A DNA stretch of 64,000 nt. Origin: Candidatus Multivorans sp. (GTDB lineage Bacteria; Acidobacteriota; Thermoanaerobaculia; Multivoradales; Multivoraceae). The number at the start of each line of letters is the position of its first letter. Position 1 is the first letter of the stretch. Under the pieces are notes generated by a model that was given only the letters and a program-made list of their open reading frames with translations, was not told where the DNA came from and did not search any database. Of the stretch, positions 56,763 through 64,000 are shown one piece after another. The stretch is from positions 992,001-1,056,000 of the forward strand of contig OZ245033.1 of assembly GCA_965224025.1 (NCBI GenBank). The letters are read 5' to 3'. The position numbers were made by a program, and so were the translations under genes.

Positions 56763-56962
56763 AGGCCCTCTCCGGCAAGGAGCTCTGCTCGCTGCTCGAA
56801 TCCCGAGGATGGCAGCTGAAGCGGATCCGGGGCAGCCATCACATCTTCGTCAAGCCGGGCATTGCGGTACGTGTCTCGGTGCCGGTCCATCGGGGCACGC
56901 TGAAGCGCGGCCTTCAACGGCACCTGATGAAGCTCGCCCAGATCAAGAACTCGGAGCTGTAG
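56759..56962 (+). CDS. hicA: HicA-family toxin
   Basis: GTGA overlap; LESRGWQLKRIRGSHHIF...VPVH...LKRG. Confidence 0.9.
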   Translation: MKALSGKELCSLLESRGWQLKRIRGSHHIFVKPGIAVRVSVPVHRGTLKRGLQRHLMKLAQIKNSEL

Positions 56963-57336
56963 CCGCCCCGGCCGACGCCGACGACGATCGAAGCCGACCG
57001 CTCTAGGGCGTTCGCAGTTCGATCCACCACACTCGGTCGGGCGCATCAGTCTCGGACCGCTTCCCGGAGCAACTCAGGTCGGGCCACTCCGGTCCTTCGC
57101 CGCGTGCCCACGTCCGTTGACCCCTGCGGAAAGGCCCAGAGACCGGGCGACGCCGCCGGGACCTGGAACTGCCATCGGCTAGCTAACAGAATCTCCGCAT
57201 CGACTATCAACCACAAGCACGCTGGAGAGGGAAACCCCGGGCTACTCGCGGGACCTCATGCGCGAGATCGGTATGGATGAAGCGAAGGTGAGTTGGTTCG
57301 AAGGAGACTTCGCCGATCTTACGGCCTCCCCCTCTC

Positions 57337-58592
57337 TGCCAACGTACGTGACACAGCGGGCATCCCGTTGAATAGTGGAGGGCACGCGTTGGCAAGGAGG
57401 ATCAATGTCAAGACGAAAGCAGAGGTTTGGCGGCGGCTCGGAGCTCCCGGCCGCGGGGGTTGAGGAGCGTAGCGACGAGGCCCCCGCGGCCGGCGCGGCG
57501 CCCGCCGGGGCGGTTCCCGACCCGGAAGTGCTGGCGAGACCGACCAGGCGGCAGTTCACGGCGGAGTACCGGCTGCGGATTCTGGAGGCAGCGGACCGAT
57601 GCACCCACCGCGGCGAGGTGGGTCGGCTGCTTCGGCGAGAGGGTCTGGTACAGCTCCCATCTGGCCAACTGGCGCAAGGCGCGTCGAGAGGGCGCGCTAT
57701 CCGGTCTGAGTCCGAAGAAGCGGGGCCGCAAGCCGGCCGAGGCCAACCCTCTGACGCCGAAGGTGAAGCGGCTGGAGGCGAAGGTGAAGCGGCTCGAGAA
57801 GGAACTCGCCGCCGCGCACACGATCCTGGACGTCCAGGGAAAAGTTGCAGGGCTGCTGGGATTCAGCCTCGAAGACGGGAAGGACTGCTGATGGCGGCAA
57901 GGTCCCTGGCCCGGCAGGTCGGCATCGCGCCGGCGTGCCGGGCGCTGGGCGTGTCGCGATCGACGTTCTACCGCAGAGCGAGGCCCGCTCCCGGGCGACG
58001 GCAGCCCCGACCCACGCCCGGCCGGGCACTGAGCAAGGCCGAGCGGAAACGGGTCGAGGCCACGCTTGCGTCGCCGCGTTTCGTCGATCGTTCGCCGGGA
58101 GAAGTAGTGGCCACCCTGCTCGACGAGGGCCGGTACCCGTGCTCGGAGCGCACGATGTACCGCATCCTCGAAGCGAACCACCCGGTGAGGGACCGCCGCA
58201 ATCAGCGCGTCCACCCGTCGTACGCCAAGCCGGAACTGGTCGCCACGGCGCCCAACCAGGTCTGGTCCTGGGACATCGCCAGGCTGCTCGGCCCCAAGAC
58301 CTGGACCTACTACTACCTCTACGTCCTGCTCGACCTCTTCAGCCGCTACGCGGTCGGCTGGATGGTCGCCGACCGCGAGAACTCCGCGCTCGCCCAGAGA
58401 CTCATCGAGGAAACCCGCCTCAAGCACGGCGTCAAGCCAGACATCCTCACACTGCACTCCGATCGAGGATCGCCCATGACCAGTCAGGGTACCGCCCAAC
58501 TGCTCGCCCGCCTCGGCGTCAACCGGTCCCTGGGACGCCCTCGGGTCAGCGACGACAACCCCTACTCCGAAGCCCAGTTCAAGACCCTCAAG
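57337..58592 (+). mobile_element. IS3-family element, frameshifted orfA and truncated orfB
   Basis: RRQFTAEYRLRIL...REGL/YSSHL (extra G near 57646); orfB 57891-58595 WSWDI, LHSDRG, DNPYSEAQFKTLK cut by the next IS; left end approximate. Confidence 0.85.
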
Positions 58593-58658
58593 TGAGGTGG
58601 TCCCGGAAAACTGGACAGGTGGCTAAGGTGTACTCCTCGACCTAGAGGAGGAGCCAGG

Positions 58659-58940
58659 ATGAAGAGGAAGCGTCGGAAGTTCACTGCGGCTTTCAAGTCG
58701 AAGGTGGCGCTTGAGGCGCTGCGTGAGGAGAAGCCGCTCGCGGCGATCGCATCGCGGCACCGGATTCACCCGAATCAGGTGAGCAGTTGGAAGCGGAAGG
58801 CGATCGAGGGGATGAGTGAGACCTTCTCGGCCGGGCCGGAGCGGCGCCGGGACCACGAGGAGGAGATCAGGGACCTGCACGCGAAGATCGGGGAGCTGAC
58901 GATCGAGCGGGATTTCTTGTCCAGGGGGCTCGGGCACTGA
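58659..58940 (+). CDS. IS3 transposase OrfA
   Basis: RRKFTAAFKSKVALEA, LHAKIGELTIERDFL. Confidence 0.9.
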   Translation: MKRKRRKFTAAFKSKVALEALREEKPLAAIASRHRIHPNQVSSWKRKAIEGMSETFSAGPERRRDHEEEIRDLHAKIGELTIERDFLSRGLGH

Positions 58941-58960
58941 GCCGGACCGAGCGCCTGCGG

Positions 58961-59827
58961 ATGATCGAGCGGGAGACGGGTGACGTGAGCTTGAGTCGGC
59001 AGTGCCGTCTGCTCGAGATCAGCCGTTCCTCGCTGTACTACCGGCCCAAGGGCGAGAGCGCCGAGACGCTGGCCCTGATGCGCAGGATCGACGAGCTGTT
59101 CCTGCTGTACCCGTTCTACGGTTCGCGTCAGATGGTCCGCCACCTTCGCCGAGAGGGCGTTCGGGTCGGTCGTCACCGGGTGCGGCGTCTGATGCGGTTG
59201 ATGGGTATCGCGGCGATCTACCGGGCGCCGCGGACCAGCAAGCCTCACCCGGAGCACAAGGTCTATCCCTATCTGCTCAGGGGGCTTTCCATCGAGCGTC
59301 CGGATCAAGTCTGGTGCTCGGACATAACGTACATTCCGGTGCGCGGCGGGTTCCTGTACCTGGTGGCGGTCATGGACTGGGCGAGCCGTCGGGTGTTGTC
59401 CTGGCGGCTGTCGAACAGCCTGGACGCATCGTTCTGCGTCGAGGCCTTCGCCGAAGCCCTCGACCGGTACGGCAAGCCGGACATCTTCAACACGGATCAG
59501 GGGAGCCAGTTCACGAGCGGCGACTTCACCGGTCTTCTCGAGAACGCGACGGTGAAGATCTCGATGGACGGCCGGGGTCGCTTCCTCGACAACATCTTCA
59601 TCGAGCGCCTGTGGCGCTCGCTGAAGTACGAGGCGGTCTACCTGAACGAACTCGTCGACGGCATCGAGGCGCGGCGGGTGATCGATGGGTGGCTCGCCTT
59701 CTACAATGAGGAGCGGCCACACACGGCGCTCGGCGGCAGGACACCTGCCGAAGCCCACCGCGGACTAATGGGCATTCCGCAGAATCGAGAGTTTTCCACA
59801 GCCCCGGCGACGGCGGCTGCGGCGTAA
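58961..59827 (+). CDS. IS3 transposase OrfB (integrase core)
   Basis: WCSDITY, FNTDQGSQF, DNIFIERLWRSLKYE. Confidence 0.92.
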   Translation: MIERETGDVSLSRQCRLLEISRSSLYYRPKGESAETLALMRRIDELFLLYPFYGSRQMVRHLRREGVRVGRHRVRRLMRLMGIAAIYRAPRTSKPHPEHKVYPYLLRGLSIERPDQVWCSDITYIPVRGGFLYLVAVMDWASRRVLSWRLSNSLDASFCVEAFAEALDRYGKPDIFNTDQGSQFTSGDFTGLLENATVKISMDGRGRFLDNIFIERLWRSLKYEAVYLNELVDGIEARRVIDGWLAFYNEERPHTALGGRTPAEAHRGLMGIPQNREFSTAPATAAAA

Positions 59828-60317
59828 TCAACACATGGAGTACACCTTAGCCCGGCCTCGAAACTGTCCAAAGGACCGGGACCACCTCAGACATGTAGCT
59901 GTTCACGAAGCCGAGAGGTAGGCGGTGGCGGACAATACCTTACTCTCCGTTCTTCAGTCGGGTCTAGGAAGCGCGATGAGCCGAGCCAGATCGGGTGTCG
60001 GGCCCATGAACTGCAGACTGGTACCTGCGCCGCTGGCGCGGCAGAAGGGCTTCGGGACGGCCATCATCGGGCATGTTCAGTTGGGACATGTGACCCGCTG
60101 CCGCGCCCGTCAGAACCCGGCACGCGAGGCGCGCGCCCACTAGAGGTTGCCGGTCGCTCTCCGATCGAGTTCACCGCCGACTGGCCGCTTCGCCAGACTC
60201 TGAGCGGGAAGGAGCGGGCGCCAACCTCCCGCCGTCCGATCGAGCGCGAACGTCCGCTGGGACCCTCCCCACCGGACCCCGAGTTGGCGGGTGTTACCTC
60301 CGGCGCAGCGCCGCGCC

Positions 60318-60707
60318 CTAGACCGCGAACGAGGAGCCGCAGCCGCAGGTGCCGACGGCTTTCGGGTTCGAGAACTTGAAGCCGGTTCCCGCGACGCCGA
60401 GCTGGTAGTCGATCCTCGTGCCCTTGAGGTAGCGGGCGCTGATCGGGTCGACGTACACCTGCAGACCGTCGTAGTCGAACACCTCGTCCGCGTCGCGCTG
60501 GTTCGTCTCGAAGTCGAGCGCGTACTCGAAGCCGCTGCAGCCGCCGCCGCGGACCGCGACCCGCAGGCCGTGATCGGACGACAGGCCCTCATCTTCGCGG
60601 GTGAGCTTGATCATCCGCACTGCCTTGGCGGTTAGGTGCAGCGTCTCCGGCACCGGTGTCGGCGCGGGTGGCGGCGAGGATGAACTCGGAAAGTCGATTT
60701 CTGGCAT
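60318..60707 (-). CDS. HesB/IscA/ErpA Fe-S carrier
   Basis: GGGCSGFEY, TCGCGSSF. Confidence 0.93.
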   Translation of the reverse strand: MPEIDFPSSSSPPPAPTPVPETLHLTAKAVRMIKLTREDEGLSSDHGLRVAVRGGGCSGFEYALDFETNQRDADEVFDYDGLQVYVDPISARYLKGTRIDYQLGVAGTGFKFSNPKAVGTCGCGSSFAV

Positions 60708-60891
60708 CGTCTGTGGACCTCCGCGGACCCGTGATCGAGCGGCCCGGGCATGGCCGGCCGATCAGCGTCGGGGGCAGCGGCTCTGGTGCCCGAGAGTATC
60801 ATCGAACCGTGTTGACAAGGACTTCGGACGGTTCGACGCGGCCCGACGGGGGCGGTCGCAACCACCTTGGGCGGCTCGTGGAGGACCCGGC

Positions 60892-61515
60892 ATGATCCGG
60901 GAACAGGGCCGTGGCGACGGCGGCTGCATCGAGGTCATCACCGGCGGCATGTTCTCCGGCAAGAGCGAGGAGTTGGTGCGCCGGCTCCGCCGCGCCCTGA
61001 TTGCCCGACAGCGCGTCCAGGTGTTCCGGATCGCGACCGACACCCGCAGCGGCGAGGGAGACGTGCTGCGCACCCGGGACAACCGGAGCCTGTCCGCGGT
61101 GACCGTGACGTCGAGCGACGAGATGCGCGAGAAGCTGAGTCTCGGCGTGGAGGTCGTCGGCATCGACGAGGCCCAGTTCTTCGACGGAGGACTGGTCGAG
61201 CTGGTGACGGAACTCGCCGACCTCGGTGTTCGGGTGATCGTGGCCGGGCTGGATCTGGACTTCCGGCGCCGCCCCTTCGGGCCGATCCCCGAGCTCATGG
61301 CGATCGCGGAGTACGTCGACAAGATGCACGCCGTGTGCGTTCGTTGCGGCGCCGCCGCGCAATACTCCTTGCGCATCGCGGCCGGCGAACAGCAGGTCCT
61401 GGTCGGCGACTTCGAGTCCTATGAGCCGCTTTGCCGGCGCTGCTACGGCTCGTCCAGCGAGGCCGATCTGGACGAGCCGGAAGCCGAATCCGGCGACCAG
61501 GCTCGCGCGAGCTAG
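60892..61515 (+). CDS. tdk: Thymidine kinase
   Basis: GGMFSGKSEEL, IDEAQF, AGLDLDF, CVRC...CRRC. Confidence 0.95.
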   Translation: MIREQGRGDGGCIEVITGGMFSGKSEELVRRLRRALIARQRVQVFRIATDTRSGEGDVLRTRDNRSLSAVTVTSSDEMREKLSLGVEVVGIDEAQFFDGGLVELVTELADLGVRVIVAGLDLDFRRRPFGPIPELMAIAEYVDKMHAVCVRCGAAAQYSLRIAAGEQQVLVGDFESYEPLCRRCYGSSSEADLDEPEAESGDQARAS

Positions 61516-61562
61516 CGGGTAGTCGGTTGCGGCGTCGCGCCGGCCTGAACGGCTCAGTGGCT

Positions 61563-62204
61563 CTAGCTGGGAGCCAGACTCTGAAGCGCCGTACGAATTG
61601 TTGATCCCAGAAAGCGTGATGACAGGTCGTGGCCGGCGCGAGGCACCTTCAGGCAGCTGTTCAGCGTGGGCCAGCGTTGCGGGAGGCGCCGGATCATCGC
61701 GGCGGGCGTGAAGGAGTCGAGTTGGCCGTAGACGACGGCGACGGGTACGGAGGCGGTGGCGGCGTCCTCGAAGTCGTAGTGGGTCAAGGGCGGCGCGATG
61801 AGCAGCATGCCCGCGGGTGGGTCCTGGGCGGCGTTTGTCTGCGGGAGCCGCGCCATCGTGACGACGGCGCCGAAGGAGTAGCCGACACCGATGCGCGGCA
61901 GTCGCGGGAAGCGGCGGCGGAGCTCCTGCTCGCAGGCGGCGAGGTCACAGGTCTCGCCACGGCCCGCGTCGTGACGCCCCTCGCTGCCGCCCGCACCGCG
62001 GAAGTTGAACCGGAGCGCCGCGCCGCCCAGCTCGACTGCGGCCTGGGCGGCCGCGTCCACCACGTGGTTGTCCATGTCGCCGCCGTAGAGCGGATGAGGA
62101 TGCGCCACGGTCGCGGCGAAGGCCGGCGGCGCTTCCGGTTCGAGCAGTTCGGCTTCCAGAAGGCCGGCGGGGCCCTGCAGTTCGAGAGGAGTGATTCGTG
62201 GCAT
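61563..62204 (-). CDS. Alpha/beta hydrolase
   Basis: HPHPLYGGDMDN, RFNFRG, GYSFG. Confidence 0.9.
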   Translation of the reverse strand: MPRITPLELQGPAGLLEAELLEPEAPPAFAATVAHPHPLYGGDMDNHVVDAAAQAAVELGGAALRFNFRGAGGSEGRHDAGRGETCDLAACEQELRRRFPRLPRIGVGYSFGAVVTMARLPQTNAAQDPPAGMLLIAPPLTHYDFEDAATASVPVAVVYGQLDSFTPAAMIRRLPQRWPTLNSCLKVPRAGHDLSSRFLGSTIRTALQSLAPS

Positions 62205-62365
62205 CGTCTGGCGGTCCGAGGGGGGAGCGCGGAATATACTCGGCCGCGGCCTGGATTGACCCTCGCGGAGCCGGGAGTTGCGATGGATTCTCACTTGGCG
62301 CCCCTTGAAACAGCGCCGGTGAAGGCCCGTAATCTAGTCAGGGCGCTCACCAAGGAGTTCGTTCG

Positions 62366-63046
62366 ATGATCTTCGATCCCATGTACTTTGTGATTCTGGC
62401 TCCGGGCCTGCTGCTGTCGCTATGGGCCAGCTTCCGCGTCAAGTCGGCGTTCAAGAAGTACTCCAAGGTTCGCTCGGTGACGGGCATGACCGGCGCTCAG
62501 GCGGCGCAGCGGCTGCTGGCCTACGCCGGCATCAACGACGTTCAGGTGGTGGCGACGCGAGGGCGTTTGTCCGACCACTACAACCCGATGACCAAGAAGC
62601 TCGCCCTGTCCGAGCCGGTCTACGGCTCGAACTCCGTGGCCGCGATCGGCATCGCCTGCCACGAGGCTGGGCACGCAATCCAGCACGCCAAGAAGTACGC
62701 GCCCCTTTGGCTGCGATCGACCCTGGTGCCGATGGCGGGGATCGGAAGCAACCTGGGCTTCTACGTCATGTTGTTCGGTCTGCTCCTGCAGAACATGGGG
62801 ATGTTCATGGTCGGAGTCGTTCTCTTCTCCGCGGTCGTCCTGTTCCAGCTCGTCACCCTGCCGGTCGAGTTCGACGCCACCGCCCGCGCCAAGCGCCTCG
62901 CCGTCGAGCAGGGTCTGATCCTGCAGACGGAGCGTGCGGGGATGGACCGGGTCCTCAACGCCGCCGCGCTGACCTACGTCGCCGCCGTCGTCAGTTCGCT
63001 GCTCACGCTGCTCTATTTCCTGACCGGAGCGAGCGGAGCGGAGTGA
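62366..63046 (+). CDS. Membrane zinc metallopeptidase (YugP-like)
   Basis: LSDHYNP, ACHEAGHAIQH, TLPVEFDA, AAALTYVA. Confidence 0.92.
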   Translation: MIFDPMYFVILAPGLLLSLWASFRVKSAFKKYSKVRSVTGMTGAQAAQRLLAYAGINDVQVVATRGRLSDHYNPMTKKLALSEPVYGSNSVAAIGIACHEAGHAIQHAKKYAPLWLRSTLVPMAGIGSNLGFYVMLFGLLLQNMGMFMVGVVLFSAVVLFQLVTLPVEFDATARAKRLAVEQGLILQTERAGMDRVLNAAALTYVAAVVSSLLTLLYFLTGASGAE

Positions 63047-63149
63047 GCGCCACCCCCTCCCATCTCCTCTCAAGCGCTCACGCCACCTGGGAGCTGACCC
63101 CTCCGGACCCAAGACGCGCGGGTGCGTCCTCCGCCAGGCGGGTGCCGGG

Positions 63150-63737
63150 CTACAGATCGCGGCGGCCGGCCAGGGACCGCGCGAGGGTCACCTGATCGGC
63201 GTAGTCGATGTCGCCGCCGACGGGGAGGCCGAAGGCGAGCCGCGTAACCCGCACCCCGCGTTTGCCCAGGAGGCCGGCGAGGTACAGGGCGGTGGCTTCG
63301 CCCTCCACGTTCGGGTTCATGGCCAGAATCGCCTCCTCGACGCCGTCGAGCCGGCCCAGCAGGGACGCGACCGTCAGTTCGTCGGGTCCCACGCCACGCT
63401 GGGGCGACAGGGAGCCCAGCAGGGCGTGGTAGAGGCCGTGGAACTCACCCGTGCGCTCGATCGGTTCGATGTTGAACGGCTCCTCGACGACGCAGAGCTT
63501 GGTCTGGTCGCGCTGGGGGTCGCTGCAGATCGAACAGGGGTCCACCGCGGTGATCTGATGACAGGTGGAGCAGTGGATCATCCGATCCTTGACGTCGATG
63601 ACCGCCTTGGCGAGCGCTTCCGCCCGGGTACGGTCGGCGCGGAGCAGGTGATGAGCCAGTCGCCGGGCGGTCTTCGGACCGATGCCCGGCAGGCGCGAGA
63701 GTTCCTCTACCAGGCTGGAAAGAGGATCGGGCGGCAT
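63150..63737 (-). CDS. recR: Recombination mediator RecR
   Basis: LPGIGPKTARR, C4 zinc finger, NPNVEGEATA. Confidence 0.96.
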   Translation of the reverse strand: MPPDPLSSLVEELSRLPGIGPKTARRLAHHLLRADRTRAEALAKAVIDVKDRMIHCSTCHQITAVDPCSICSDPQRDQTKLCVVEEPFNIEPIERTGEFHGLYHALLGSLSPQRGVGPDELTVASLLGRLDGVEEAILAMNPNVEGEATALYLAGLLGKRGVRVTRLAFGLPVGGDIDYADQVTLARSLAGRRDL

Positions 63738-64000
63738 CAGGTCAGACCGGGAATCCCGGCGGCCAGGCCGCCGAGGCGCTGCCCCACGTACTCGTTCACC
63801 TTGCGGCCCGCTTCGTTCACGGCGGCCTGCACCAGGTCCTGGACCATGCCCGGATCCTCAGGGTCGAGCACTTCGGGATCGACGCGGACGGCGAGGACCT
63901 CCTTTTCGCCGTTCACGCGCACTTCGACCATGCCGCCGCCGACGCTGGCGGTGAACTCGGCCGCCGCCAGATCACGCTGCATTTGCTGCTGCATCTCCTG
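63737..64000 (-). CDS. ybaB: YbaB/EbfC nucleoid-associated protein (5' end outside window)
   Basis: SVGGGMVEV, VQDLVQAAVNEA; upstream of recR. Confidence 0.93.
   Translation of the reverse strand, partial: QEMQQQMQRDLAAAEFTASVGGGMVEVRVNGEKEVLAVRVDPEVLDPEDPGMVQDLVQAAVNEAGRKVNEYVGQRLGGLAAGIPGLT

Larger units (their letters stand above)
58593..59889 (+). mobile_element. IS3-family insertion sequence (complete)
   Basis: Ends TGAGGTGGTCCCGG...CTAAGGTGTACTCC and GGAGTACACCTTAG...CCGGGACCACCTCA. Confidence 0.92.

Noticed and set aside
59925-60143. 72-aa ORF after the IS3
   Set aside because: No recognisable motif or RBS; not supportable as a gene

Overview
High-GC bacterial chromosomal window, probably Acidobacteriota (inferred from the Oar-type TonB receptor, the sulfatase-TPR lipoprotein, and the C-terminal domain of the giant protease, which I associate with Thermoanaerobaculia). 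Core content: an ilvE-ilvB-ilvN-ilvC-leuA-leuC-leuD-leuB operon, cimA, gcvP, a Glu/Leu/Phe/Val dehydrogenase, FdhF/YdeP + fdhD, uppP, an FKBP isomerase, a two-component system, tdk, recR and ybaB. Accessory content: a methyltransferase/putative endonuclease pair, two toxin-antitoxin modules, a 1856-aa surface metalloprotease, a decaying TonB-receptor cassette, and a ~7.5-kb region of IS and plasmid remnants (52.4-59.9 kb). The strongest find is two adjacent minus-strand ORFs (FG-GAP; ASPIC/UnbV-thioredoxin-TPR) in the same frame, separated by one TGA. A hairpin resembling the E. coli fdhF SECIS starts 11 nt after that TGA, so this is a candidate ~1424-aa exported selenoprotein. The second find is a complete Leu/Val/Ile leader-peptide attenuator upstream of the ilv-leu operon. 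No rRNA, tRNA or CRISPR array was recognised. All family assignments are by motif recognition without database searches.
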